Source of the DNA: the human T2T-CHM13v2.0 reference genome, Homo sapiens
Direction: 5' to 3' (one strand)
Assembly (NCBI RefSeq): GCF_009914755.1
Contig: NC_060932.1
Length of the DNA stretch: 64,000 nt
The translations under genes were made by a program, and so were the position numbers. Shown in pieces: positions 42,951 to 55,855 of this stretch. Positions within the stretch are counted from its first letter, which is position 1. Every line of letters starts with the position of its first letter. The notes beneath the pieces are model-generated. The model worked only from the letters and a program-made list of their open reading frames with translations, had not been told where the DNA came from and searched no databases.

Positions 42951-43959
42951 TAACCGATTGCAAGAAAATGGTGAAGTTTAAAAGGAATAAGGGAAGGGAA
43001 GAGTGAGTACTTTGTAAAGCAAGTATGATATTAGTACTAACTTCATAATGTTATTACAAAGATTAATTGAGATAAAATACTTATAAAATATCTGTTACAG
43101 AGCAAAAGCTCAATAAATAATTGATTTATTTTATTTTAATTTTTTTCTATGTCCAAAGAGTAGAGGGAAATGAAAAAGTAGTCCCTGCTACATGCTGACT
43201 CTGGAGAGAATTTATGCCATGGTAAGAAGAAAAATTATGACATCTCTGGAATGATCTCAGTGTCCTAACTATTAAATGTCTTTTATGCATAAAGTCCCCC
43301 AAAGTAGGCAGAATATAACTAAACTGTGGTGAGGGCCAGGACACCCAGATGTTGCAGGGCTCATGTCTCTTTCACAAGTAAGCACGTGCATGGTACCGAC
43401 TCTACCCAATCAACACTTAGACTCTGAAAATGTGACATACTTTTTTTTTCACTTGTGCTGTGATTTGCCAATTTCTAATGAAATAAATACTGATCTTACT
43501 CAAAATGCAACTTACTTCACTCAATAACAGTAAACTGTGCTAGGCATAATGATGAAACCCATACAGGAGAGTCAAACCAGAAATAGATGTGCCTGCTGTG
43601 CATTTGTACTACACGGCAGACTAGGAGTTGTTTTAGAATAAAGAAGAGGCCTTGAGAATCCAGGGGAAAATGATTCAGATTAGGAAGAAAGTTCTTGTGG
43701 AAGTTTCTAAGCTGCTTCCTACAGGAAGACTTCCTGGTGTTTAACTAGTTCCTCCTCTGTGCTACCTCTGCACCTTGTACCTATTTTTAGTTTAGACATT
43801 GCAGAGTGACACTATAAGTTGGAGCTGGAATTTGAATTGAGATTTGTCTGATTTCAAATGCCATGACCTTTTACTGTTCTGTCGAAAACTCTGGCTGCTT
43901 TGTGTATCGATACTTTGCCTAGTTGAAAAGCTATGTGCATAATGTTGGAGTTAATTAAC

Positions 43960-46035
43960 TAATAAATAATAGTGACTTAGAAGGTTACAAATAGGTGTGC
44001 TAGGGAAATTCAAACAAGAAGAAAGCAGAGGATGCAACATTAACATACGACAATGTAGAATTCATGGTAAAAATCATTACGTGAAGCAAAGAAGGCACTA
44101 AATAAATGTAAAGGATGACTTTGACAGTGAGAATTAGGAATGCCTCTGCATCACATAATACAGCATAACACCGTTCACCTTCATAAAGCCAAACATGTGA
44201 GAGACATAGGGAAAAACAGAAACACACCAATAGAAGGAAACACCAACAACAGGAAACCTACACTGATTTATCTCAGTCCAGGAAAGTCAAGAAGAAAAAA
44301 TATGCAAGATTACAGAAAAGCCAAACAAAATAACAAGACAGTTCTAACTGATATATTAAACTTTAGATGCTGAAAAATTTTAAATGTTTCATGGAACAGT
44401 CACTAAAATTTGGCAAATACTAGTCTCAAAGGAAATGTCGAAAAATTACAAGTAGTAGAAGTAATACAGACGCATTTGATAACAATTACATACGTCTAGG
44501 CATGAACAAAATCAGAAAAAAATTATTTAGCTCTTAGAAGTTAAAAATATATGTCTCAAGTAAGTATAGGTTCAAAGAAAATCTACAAACTCAAAATACA
44601 GAATATCTACAAACTACTGCTAATGAAACACTGCATATCAGACCTCATGGGGTACTGTGAAAATAGCAGTCAGAAGAAAACTCGTAGTCTTCAATACATA
44701 CTTCAATAAACAAAAAGAAATAAAGATTTATGAATTAAACATAAAAGCAAGAAATTAGAAAGAGATAATAGCAACAACAACAATGACAAAGTTAGAAGAA
44801 GGCAGAAGAAAAAGAATAATAAAGACAAAAGCAAAAATTGATGATTTGGAAAGTGTGAAAAGAGAAAAGCTGATCAATAGAAAAAAAGATGATTGTTGGA
44901 AACAAATACACTACGAGAAAAGGTGTTGGGATTATGTGGAAATACATGACATTTTTAAAAGGGAAAGAATAACAACAGAAAGAGAAGAAATTAGATTCAT
45001 AAAAGAATATGCTGCTAAAATCTCTGCAAATATGAAACTTAGATGAAGTGCCATTGTTCCAGAGAAACACATATTCCCAAAGCTAGAAGACATGAAAAGG
45101 AATCTAGACTGGACAATTTGCATGAAAGAAATAGAGGAATATTGTCAAAGGACAACCTCCTCCACAAATAAAACACCAAATCTAGATGGCTTCATGGTGG
45201 ATTTTTGCCAAATACTTAAGGAACAGATAGTTTCAATGCTATTCAAACTTCTCCCTAATATCAATAAAAAAGAAAAACTTACAAATTCTTTGTATGTCAT
45301 GTGCATAGCATTGACTCCAAAACATTAAAAAATCACACGGAAATGAAATTATAGGAATTCTCATTTATGGTAATAGTGCAAAGTTCTGTATAAAATATCA
45401 AACAATTCAATAACACATTTAAACAGCTCGGCATCTCTATGTGGCATTTATTCTAATAATTCAAGAATGCTGCATTACAAGACACTGTGTTCAAATCATA
45501 TTTATGTATCTGAGGAAAGCATTCTAATGAGAATCTTCATAGATGCAGAACAGGCATCAGACAAAATTGAATATTTATTTTTGATTGAAAGAAGTTCAAC
45601 AAAAAGGGAATTCAAAAATATGTTCCTAACTTGGTAAATAATATCTCTTTTGTCACAAAGGCAGTTTTAGTGTGAGTGAGGAAGTACTAGAGATATTCCC
45701 ACTAAGTTCAGGAGAAAGACAAGGATTCACATTTATCACTGTTATAAATTATATTATAACTAGTTGTGTTGGTGAGATAAAGAAATTACATGCACAAAAG
45801 TTTGAAATGAGGAGAAAAACCATCATTAGTTAAAAATGACAATTTTTAACTAATAGCCTGATAATTCAAGGCTATTAACTATAAGTGAATAAAAATAGTA
45901 AAATAATCTGATAAAATGATTCAAAATTAATATATAGATATAAATAAATCAATTGTGTATATAAATATGCACACACGTATACCTACAATATATAATAAGC
46001 TATTTCATTATGATACATGATGGAAGAAAATAATC
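43960..46035 (+). mobile_element. ancient L1M ORF2 fossil (endonuclease to RT region)
   Basis: ORF 45092-45328 KTPNLDGFMVDFCQILKEQIVSMLFKLL...NSLY..IALTPK aligns with L1 ORF2 [28 protein letters not shown]; A-rich sense strand. Confidence 0.85.
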
Positions 46036-46412
46036 AGTGAAATATGAACTTCTAGCCTAGTCCATATCTGAGGATATTCTTTTTGCTAGTTTCTCAGAAA
46101 CCATGCCATCAGGAATCCAAAATGTCTGTATTTCCAGGACCCAATTTCCCTTCAAATAAAACTCCGTAACTGCATCCTTCTAGGCTGCAGGTTTGTGTGT
46201 GGGCGGCAGGAGAAATTTCAGAGCCAGAAAGAAGACTCCCCACTTGGTAGGGGAAGCATGGGAAAAGAGGTGAAAAGGGCCAGGTCCTGGAGGGTTTCAA
46301 TTGCCTTGTGCTGAAGGCAATGAGCCATTTAGAGAGCTAGGTGTCAGTATGGAGGTAGAGAGAACTATTCAGTGGCACCTATAGAAACAGTTTAATTGAG
46401 AGTTTTGAAAAT

Positions 46413-46785
46413 ACTGCTTGAGTCCAGCCTGGGTAACATAATGAGACCCTGTTTCTATAAAAAGTAAGAAAAGAAAAGTAGTCAGACATGGTGGCATGCA
46501 CTTGTAGTCCTAGCTTCTCTGGAAGTAAAGGGAGGATTACTTGAGGCCAGGAGTTCAACACCAGCCTGGATAACATAGTGAGACACTGTTTCTACAAAAA
46601 AAAAAAAAAAAAAAAAAAATTAAAAATAGCGGGGCTCTGTGGTGTGCACATTTAGTTCTAGCTACTCAGTCAGCTGAGGCAGGAGGATTGTTTGAGCCCA
46701 GGAGTTTGAGATTACAGTGAGCTATGATTGTGCCAGTGTCGTCTAGCCTAGGCAGCAAGGCAAGACCGTGTTTCTTAAAAAAAAT
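46413..46785 (+). mobile_element. AluJ-derived trimeric structure
   Basis: Partial left arm, then a chimeric middle monomer with an A25 linker, then a J-type right arm. Confidence 0.8.
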
Positions 46786-48859
46786 AACTGAAGAAAATAT
46801 TGAAGAAGTGAAATTGGCTGGATTTGGGATAATATTATAGTTAGTTTTGTCCATGGTGGGGGCCAAACTCTAATTGGTGCCATGTCTCCAATATTTGTTC
46901 CTCTAATAGTATCATTAGCATTTAGTTACTATTATTGTTTTGGCAAATGACAGAAAGCAGAGACTAGTGTTTATATCTTGATAGTTATAAAAATGCTTCA
47001 CCTATCCCCCTCAGTAGTTACTCTCCTCATTTTTGTAGCTTTTACTGTTACTCATAATTCACAATGAATGTCAGATATTGTCATAATTCTTCTTTATGGG
47101 GTATCTTCAACTTGAAGTCATTGGTAGAATAAAAAAAGGGGAGGCAAAAAATCAAGAGTGAAGTCTGAGGTGGAAACTGATATGATAGCTCTGGAATCAA
47201 ATGTAGAAAATTTGAGAAATTTCCACAAGTAGCTTCAGAGTTTGTTCAGCTCAGTGTTATCAGTCCTTGCTTGCATGGTGTGTTGGGGTGCGTAAAGATA
47301 GTGTGTGCTTTTTCATGAGCATGGGACAACAAAAGCTACTTTGAGAAATAAAGAAAAAGAAGCAATAGATGCACCTTCATGCTTGTTTGCACAAACACAT
47401 AAGAATGCACTTTACATTTTTCAATGATGTTTTATGAGCAATCACCTACTCATTGACTTGTGAGCATATTTTTGCCAAACGAGCCAGTCAAAATAGGAAC
47501 CACGATTTAGAAACACACAGACAGAAGTTATTTTTCATGAAGTTTTAGTAAACTAGCACATTAAAAAAATTGTTTATTTGAGAAGCAGACTTGGACAAAA
47601 TTGGAAAGTCTTTCCAATAACTTTTAAAAGTTCTTAGAACTCCAAACCTCTACTTTTCTTTGACCAGAGCTTCAGAATCCACCCCACGCTGGCACTGTAG
47701 TGTATCACCACTGACCTTTGCTACCTGGCTTAATTTCCCATTCAGCTTGGCTGGGTAATAAAATCCAACTAATGGAATCCCATCTCTGAAATTTCTAGTC
47801 ATCCCTGCATTGCACAATGGATGCAGCTAATCATGTTTTAAAGAGACTAAATATTACAGTGACATAAAAAGGTTCATTATGTCTTAGTCAGAAATATTAA
47901 ACATCTGTGACCTGGGAGAGGAAAAAGGCAGAGATTAAGTTTGACGTCTGAGTGAAAACTGGGTGATAAAAACAATTAGGGCATTAATGGAGGAAGATTC
48001 TGTGCTTTTCATGTCATTGACCTTTCCAAGCCCACTGCCGCTCTTCGCCTGCTCTCTTTGATTGCTACGTCTCCTGAGAGGCGAAAAGAATCATTTAGGT
48101 GAATGGATGGAAATTCATTTAATTTCCTTAGCCAAGGAGGGCTGCTGCTCTGCCCCATTACCTGGGGGATGGTAGCTCTGCAGGCTCATTTCCAAATCAG
48201 TGAGCCAGTGAACCATCAGAACTCACACCTCTACTCCTTGAGATTATGAAGATGGCAGTGTTTGGATGATCAGTCTGACTTTTAACCTCTAGCAATGCAT
48301 TCACTAGAAGGGAATCACAGACCAAGCTGGAGGGGTGGAGGAAAGAAGAGATGTTGAAAGTCAGGTGGAGCAGGTGCCAACCTTCATCCACCACTTGCTA
48401 GTTGCCTGTATGGCTTGTGCATGTTGCTGAACCTCTTTGAGCCTCATCTCTCAGAGGGAGATAATAATACCAAGGGTTGTGAGATCAACAATATATGTAA
48501 ACAAAACATTCGAATAGTCTTGACACAGTGGCAACACAGCTAGATCTTCTTCCCTTTGCTTTCTAGATTCCTGTGAAAAACCCCTTCTATATGAGGACAT
48601 TCATTCAATTACTCATTGTCTTCCCTACTTGGCGCTGACAATGGATCAGGCACAGGGCTCTGTGCTGGGGATTCAAAGATCATTGAAATGCATATTACCT
48701 TTAGTGGGTTCAGATTAAGTTGATCAGAGAATGGAAAGAAGAGGGACAATTTCATAACTTTGATGTGAAGACAAGTCAATTAATTTGGTCTATATTCTTG
48801 CTTTAAATAATTATAACAGTAATTGGTATTTAATGAGCACCTGTTATATCCTAAGCATT

Positions 48860-49323
48860 TGTGATGGTTGATACTGAGTGTCATGTCAACTTGATTGGAT
48901 TGAAGGATGCAAAGTACTGTTCCTGGGTGTGTCTGTGAGGGTGTTGCCAAAAGAAGTTAACATTTAAGTCAATGGATTGGGAAAGGCAGACCCACCCTCA
49001 ATCTGGGTGGGCACAATCTAATCAGCTGTCAGTGTGGCCAGAATAAAAGCAGGCAGAAGAACATAGAAAGACTAAACTGGTTTAATCTTCTGAGCTACAT
49101 CTTTCTCCCATGCTGGAAGCTAACTGCCCTCAAACATGGAACTCCAAGTTCTTCAGCTCTGGGACTTGGAGGACTGGCTTCCTTGCTCCTTAGCTCGCAG
49201 ACGGCCTATTGTGGGACCTCAGCTTATGATGGATTGTGTGAGTCAATACTCCTTAATAAACTCTGCTTTATATATACATCTATCCTATTAGTCCTGTCCC
49301 TCTAGAGAACCCTGACTAATACA
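48860..49323 (+). mobile_element. MLT2A1 (HERV-L) solo LTR
   Basis: TGTGATGGTT...GTCAACTTGATTGGATTGAAGGATGCAAAGTA...CCCTCTAGAGAACCCTGACTAATACA; perfect TSD GCATT. Confidence 0.92.
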
Positions 49324-49579
49324 GCATTGTCCTAAGCATTTAAAATGTGGGTTTTATTTTTATTTTTAAAATATTATTTTCTGATTACATTACACAGATT
49401 CATTGAGATTATAAAGGTCTAACAATGCCATTAGAAATAAATTTGGAAACAAGAGTAATGGATTAAAGTTTTTCTTGCAGGAACCATAAAGATATCTATT
49501 GTTAGCATTTTGGTATACAAGTTTCTAGAACTTACTGAGACTTTCTCTCTGTAAATATATAGATAACCATGAAGTGGTT

Positions 49580-49627
49580 TGTGTGTGTGTGTGTGTGTGT
49601 GCGCGTGTGTGTGCGTGTGTGTGTGTC
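49580..49627. repeat. (GT)n/(GC)n alternating purine-pyrimidine tract
   Basis: Directly visible; Z-DNA-prone. Confidence 0.9.
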
Positions 49628-49637
49628 CTCGCGTATG

Positions 49638-50668
49638 CAGTAGTTCCCCCTTAACCACAGTTTAGCTTTCCTCGGTTTCAGTTACCCACAGTCAACAAGG
49701 TCCAAAAAATATTAAATACATAGAGAACTGGAGCTCATTATGTCAGGTGAAATAAGCCAGGCACAGAGAGACAAACTTCACATGTTCTCACTTATTTGTG
49801 AGCTCTAAAAGAAAAATAATTGAACTCATGGAGATAGAGAATAGAAGGATGGTTGTCAGAGGCTGAGAAAGGTGGGGAGGGGATGGTTAGTGGGTATAAA
49901 AAAATAGAAAGAATGAATAAGACCTATATTTACTAGCACAACAGGATCACATTAGTCAAAAATAGTGTAATTATACATTTGAAAATAACTTGAAGAGTAT
50001 AAGTGGCTTGTTTCTAACACAAGGGATAAATGCTTGAGGGGATGGATATTCCATTTACCCTGATATGATGATTACACATTGCATGCCTGTATCAAAATAT
50101 CTTATGTAGCCCATAAATATATATGCCTACTATGTATTCATGAAAATAAAAAAATAAAAAGATAGCATTCTAGGCAAAAAAAAATTAAATAACAAATTTA
50201 AGAAATAAATAATTCATAAGCTTTTAATTGCATGTGGTTCTAAGTAGTGTGATGAAGTCTCACACTGTCCCACTCTGTCCAGCCAAGGACCTGCATCAGC
50301 TCTTTGTGTATTTACCCTGTATCTGCTACATTAGTCATTTAGTAGCCATCTAGGTTATCACATCAACAGATCACAAGAAGAAGAGTGAGTACAGTACAAT
50401 AAAATATTTGGGAAAGAGAGAAGGAGAGACAAAGCAAAAGAGAGAGATCATATTTGCCTAACTTTTATTACTGTATATTGATATGATTGTTCCATTTTAT
50501 TATTGTTGTTAATTTTTTACTGTGCCTAATTTATAAATTACACTTCATCATAGGTATATGTGTATAGGAAAAATCATAGTATTAATAGATATAGGGTTTG
50601 ATACTATCTGCAGTTTCATGTATCCACTGTGGATCTTGGAATGCGTCTCCTACAGATAAGGGAGGTTT
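49638..50668. mobile_element. MER44 (Tigger7-derived) split by L1MA
   Basis: CAGTAGTTCCCCCTTA start; element resumes at ~50190; ends ...CAGATAAGGGAGG. Confidence 0.8.
49719..50160 (+). mobile_element. L1MA2/3-like 3' end
   Basis: GAAATAAGCCAGGCACAGAGAGACAAAC...GGATAAATGCTTGAGGGGATGGATA...A-rich tail; TSD AAAAAA(T/A)ATTAAATA. Confidence 0.85.
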
Positions 50669-51149
50669 AGAACAATATGTTAGAAAATGCAGAATTTTGA
50701 AAACAAAAATGGAATTGCATTTTACTAATGTACAGCATGCTTTTTAGATCAATAGTATAATATGAATTTTTTTGTGTTCTATACTTTTTAATTAATTTTT
50801 TTCTAATTCTTGTACTGTAAGCAATTCTGAAGTGACTTTATACATACATGCTTGTATACTTAGCCAATAATTCCCCTAAGGTCAATTCCTAGAACTAGAA
50901 TTTCTGGGTCAGCTTTTTAATGAGGTGTTTTTATGTCTAGAGCCAGGTTTGTTCAGAACACATGAAACAATGTGCTAACTTACAGACCTGTCCGCAATAC
51001 AGGAAAGTGCCTATTTCTCTCCAGCCTCATCTGCATTTTTATCATTTTGGTTTCATCCCTTTTAACTTAACAGCTGCAGATATTTTCTTATTTTAGTTTT
51101 TATCTCTTCACTTTCTGGTGAGGTTGATCATTTTTTGACCATTTATGTT

Positions 51150-51583
51150 TTTCATGCGCGTCCGTGTGAAGAGACCACCAAATAGGCTTTGTGTGAGCAA
51201 TAAAGCTGTTTATTTCACCTGGGTGCAGGTGGGCTGAGTCTGAAAAGAGAGTCAGCAAAGGGAGATAGGGGTGGGGCTGTTTTAGAGGATTTGGGAAGGT
51301 AATGGAAAATTACAGTCAAAGGGGGTTTTTCTCTGGTGGGCAGGGGTGGGGGTCACAAGGTGCTCAGTGGGGGAGCTTCTGAGCCAGGAGAAGGAAATTC
51401 ACAGGGTTAATCACTCAGTTAAGGTGGGGCAGGAACAAATCACAATGGTGGAATGTCATCAGTTAAGGCAGGGCAGGGCCTTTTCACTTCTTTTGTGATT
51501 CTTCAGTTACTTCAGGCCATCTGGGCATATACATGTAAGTCACAGGGGATGCAATGGCTTGGCTTGGGCTCAGAGGCCTGACA
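51150..51583 (-). mobile_element. HERV-H 3' LTR (LTR7)
   Basis: 434 bp; preceded by PPT AAGAAGGCAGGAA; AATAAA at 51209-51214; TATA mutated to TCTAAAA. Confidence 0.97.
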
Positions 51584-52149
51584 TTCCTGCCTTCTTATAT
51601 TAATAAGAAAAATAAAATAGTGTTGAAGTGTTGGGGCGGCGAAAATTTTTGGGGGTGGTATGGAGAGAGAATGGGCCATGTTTCTCACGGCTGCTTCAAG
51701 CGGGATTAGGGGTGGTGTGGGAACCTAGAGTGGGAGAGATTAAGCTGAAGGAAGATTTTGTGGTAAGGGGTGATACTGTGGGGTTGTTAGAAGAAACATT
51801 TATCATATAGAATGATTGGTGATGGCCTGGATACGGTTTTGTATGAATTGAAAAACTAAATGGAATAAGAGAAGGAGAAAAACAGGTATAAAAGGACTAA
51901 GAATTGGGAGGACCTAGGACATCTAATTAGAGAGTGCCTACGGAGGGTCAGCATAGTCCTGCCAGCAAAGATTATTTATTTACTTCAAGAGTTAAGAGTG
52001 GCAGTTTGGGGATAGCACGAGGAGATATCAGCTGTGACGGCTTGGAGAAACAGTGTAAACTGGCAGTGTAAACAAGAGCAGGGCATGTATGAGTAGTTGA
52101 GAATGGTGAATAGGAGTATGACTAGACAGAAGATAGTAGGGATGACAAG

Positions 52150-53863
52150 TTATTTGGGGGCACAGTCTAAGTTTGTCTGGTGTCTGGAATGAGACTGGGG
52201 CCTAATAAAAAGGAACGTCTATACAGGAGCTCAAATGGGCTGTACCTTGTAGCATTCTGAGGACAGGCCTGACTTCTGAGAAGGGAAAGTGGTAAAAGTA
52301 TTGTCCAGTCCTTTTTTAAGTTGGTGGCTGAGCTTGGTGAGGTGTGTTTTTAATAGACCATTAGTCTGTCACTGAATACTAAGAGCCTGAAAAAATGCTT
52401 GGCTGATTTGACTAATAAAGGCTGGCCTGTTATCAGACTGTATAGAGGTGGGAAGGCTAAACTGAGGAATTATGTCTGACAGAAGGGAAGAAATGACTGC
52501 GGTGGACTTCTCAGACCCTGTAGGAAAGACCTCTACCTATCTAGTGAAAGTGTCTACTTAGACTAAGAGGTATTTTAGTTTTTGTGACTCAGGGCATGTG
52601 GAGTAAAGCTAATTTGCCAGTCCTGGGTGGGGGCAAATCCTTGAGCTTGATGTGTAGGGAAGGGAGGGGGCCTGAATAATCCTTGAGGTGTAGTAGAATA
52701 GCAGACAGAATAACAGATGGAACACTAAGAAGTTATTTCCTTGAGGATAGATTTCTACGATGGAAAGAAAATGAAAGGTTCTAAGAGGCGGGCTAGTGGC
52801 TTATACAATAGCATAGCCTGCCTTTGCTGGTATGTGGTGATTAGGCCTGGTGGAACTGCCATCAATAAATCAAGCATGATCAGGGTGAGAAACAGGGAAG
52901 AAGGAAATGTGGGGAAATGGGATGAACATCAGGTGGATCAGAGAGATGCAGTCATGGGGGTCAGGTGTGGTATCAGGAATAATGTGGGAGGCCGGATTGA
53001 AGTCCCGGCCAGGAACAATGGTAATTGTGGGTCTTAATGAAGAGTGAGTACAGCTGAAGGAGCCAGGGAGCAGAAAGTATATGCATCAGGTATGAGGAAG
53101 AAAATAGATTTTGGAAGTTATGAGAAATGTAGAGAGTGAGTTGAGCACAGTTTGTGAGTTTGAGGGCCTCTAAAGGTATTAAAGCAGCAGCAGCCGCTGC
53201 ACGCAGACATGAAGGCTAGGCTAAAACAGTAAGGTCAAGTTGTTTGCACAGAAAGGCTACAGGGTGCGGTCCTGGCTCTTGTGTAAGAATTCTGACCGCA
53301 CTAACCATGCCTAGGAAAGAAAGGAGTTGTTGTTTTGTAAGGGATTGAGGTTTGGGAGATTAATCAGACACGATCAGCAGGGAGAGCACATGTGTTTTTA
53401 CGAGAATTATGTTGAGATAGGTAACAGATGAGGACGAAATTTGGGCCTGACTGAAGTAATGGGGTCTGTCTGTGAAGCCTTGTGGCAGTACAGCCCAGGT
53501 AATTTGCTGAGCCTGATGGGTGTCAGGGTCAGTCCAAGTGAAAGCAAAGAGAGGCTGGGATGACGGGTGCAAAGGAATAGTAAAGAAAGCATCTTTGAGA
53601 TCCAGAACAGAATAATGGATTGTGGAAGGAGGTATTGAGAATAGGAGAGTATATGGGTTTGGCACCATGGGGTGGATAGGCAAAACAATTTGGTTGATAA
53701 GGCATAGATCCTGAACTAACATGTAAGGCTTGTCTGGTTTTAGGACAGGTAAAATGGGGGAATTGTGGGAGAGTTTATAGGCTTTAAAAGGCCATGCTGT
53801 AGCAGGCGAGTGATAACAGGCTTTAATCCTTTGAAAGCATGCTGTGGGATGGGATATTGGCAT
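52150..53863 (-). pseudogene. pol: HERV-H pol relic (RT with YxDD deleted, RNase H, integrase pieces)
   Basis: VQDL..IN, LDLKDAFFTIPL, WAVLPQGF (53360-53863); FIDGSS at ~52860; SDNRPAF at ~52420; YSPFELLY at ~52230. Confidence 0.93.
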
Positions 53864-54199
53864 TGAGTGGGGTAAGGGTGATTAGGTTTTAATGAGATGG
53901 TAAGGGTGCATGATTGGTCGCCAAGGAGGGAGTAGAGGTATCTTATACTTGTGGGTTAAGGTGGGGGAATACAAGAAGAGGACACAAAGGAGGTTTTGGA
54001 TTGGGAAGAAGGGCGGCAATGAGATGCAGCTATAGTCCAGGAATAGTCAGGGAAGCAGATAATTTGGTTAAAATATCTCGGCCTAATAAGGGAACTGGGC
54101 AGGTGGGGATAACTAAAAAAGAGTGCATAAAAGCGTATTGTCTAAGTTGGCACCAGAGTTGGGGAGTTTTAAGAGGTTTAGAAGCCTGGCTATCAATAC

Positions 54200-54320
54200 C
54201 CACAATAGTTATGGAGGCAAGGGAAACAGGTCCTTGAAAAGAAGGTAATGTGGAGTGAGTAGCCTCCGTATTGATTTAGAAGGGGACGGACTTACCCTCC
54301 ACTGTGAGAGTTACCTAAAG
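54200..54320 (-). pseudogene. pro: HERV-H protease relic (inactive)
   Basis: VTLTVEGKSVPF*INTEATHSTL: catalytic DTG replaced by NTE, plus an in-frame stop. Confidence 0.85.
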
Positions 54321-54382
54321 CTCGGCATCTGTGATGGTCTACAGGGCTTCCGAGGCAATCAGGCAGCATCAGTCTTCAGCCG

Positions 54383-54715
54383 CTAAGCCAAGAAGGAGTC
54401 AGTCAGAGAGCCTTGGGCCAGAGTTCCAGGGGCTCTGGGAGTGGCTGCCAGGTGAGTTGAACAGTCCGATTTCCAGTGGGGTCCCGCACAGATGGGACAC
54501 AGCTTAGGAGGAATCCTGGGCTGCAGGCATTCCTTGGCCTGGTGGTCAGATTTCTGGCACTTGTAGCAAGCTCCTGGGGGAGGAGGTTCTGGAGGAACGC
54601 CTGGCCGCTGCAGTTCAAGGGTTTGGAAGTTCTTGTGTGCTGGAGATGTGGCTGGGGTTTGTCTCACAGTGGAGGCAAGGAATTGCAACTTTTTTTTTTT
54701 ATTATTATTGTACAC
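54383..54715 (-). pseudogene. gag: HERV-H gag nucleocapsid relic with two zinc knuckles
   Basis: CYKCQKSDHQAKEC and CPICAGPHWKSDC. Confidence 0.92.
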
Positions 54716-55659
54716 CTTGAAGGTGAGGTTAATTAAGTCCTGTTGTGGGGTATGAGGGCCAGATTCTAATTTTTGGAGTTTTATTTAATGTCGGGAGCAG
54801 ATTGGGTAATAAAGTGTATATTGAGAATAAGATGGCCTTTTGACCATTTAGGGTCTAGGGCTGTAAAGTGTCTCAGGGTTGCTGCCGAACGAGCCATGAA
54901 CTGTTCTGGGTTTTTATATTTGATGAAAAAGAGCCTAAACGCTTCTGATTTGGGATAAAGAAAAAGGAGCATTAACCTTGACTATGCCTTTGGCTCCAGC
55001 CACCTTTTTAAGAGTAAATTGCTGAGCAGGTGGGGGAGGGCTAGTCACGGAACATAACTGCAAGCAGGACCAGGTGTGAGGAGGGGAGGCGATAAAAAGA
55101 TTACAGGGTGGAGGAGCAGAGGCTGAGGAAGAATTGGGACCTAGCTTGGCCTGGTGAGGAGGGGAGAGGTCAGATGGGTCTGTAGAAAAGGGAGATTAGA
55201 AAGACTCAGTGACGCTTGGGGTTGGGACTGTGGGGACAGGCAGGAGGGAAAGAAGGAAGATTTGGGACGAGTTGCACTGGGCACAGAGACTAGGAAGGGA
55301 CTGATGTGTAAAAGAATGCCTGGATGTCAGGCACCTCAGACCATTTGCCCATTTTATGACAAGAATTATTTAGATCTTGTAGGATGGAAAAATTGAAAGT
55401 GCCATTTTCTGGCTATTTGGAACTACCATCGAGTTTGTATTGGGGTCAAGTGGCATTGCAGAAGAAAATGAGATGCTTAGATTTTAGGTCAGGTGAGAGT
55501 TGAAGAGGTTTTAAGTTCTTAAGAATATAGGTTAAGGGAGAAGAAGGAGGAATGGAAGGTTGAAGCTTGCCCATAGTGAAGGAGGCAAGCCCAGAGAAAA
55601 GAGTAGAGACACGGAGAAGGGGTAGGGGTTTCTTGCCCTCCAGAAAAGCAGAGGAAGTG

Positions 55660-55810
55660 TTGGGGCATGGAAATAAGGAATTGGGGCACAGAGATAAGAG
55701 GTTGGGGTGCGGAAATAAGGGATTGGGGCACAGAGATAAGAGGTCGGGGTGTGGAAATAAGGGATTGGGGCACAGAGATAAGAGGTCGGGGTGTGGAAAT
55801 AAGGGATTGG
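55660..55810. repeat. 42-bp (2x21) tandem repeat x3.5 in the HERV-H leader
   Basis: TTGGGGCACAGAGATAAGAGGTYGGGGTGYGGAAATAAGGGA at 55681, 55723 and 55765. Confidence 0.92.
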
Positions 55811-55855
55811 GGGTTCTTTCCCCCTAGCAAAGTGGGACTTGCCGCTAAGGGTGAA

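Noticed and set aside
51584-52150. Intact HERV-H env
   Set aside because: Only a few hundred bp lie between the integrase relic and the PPT, so env is essentially deleted.
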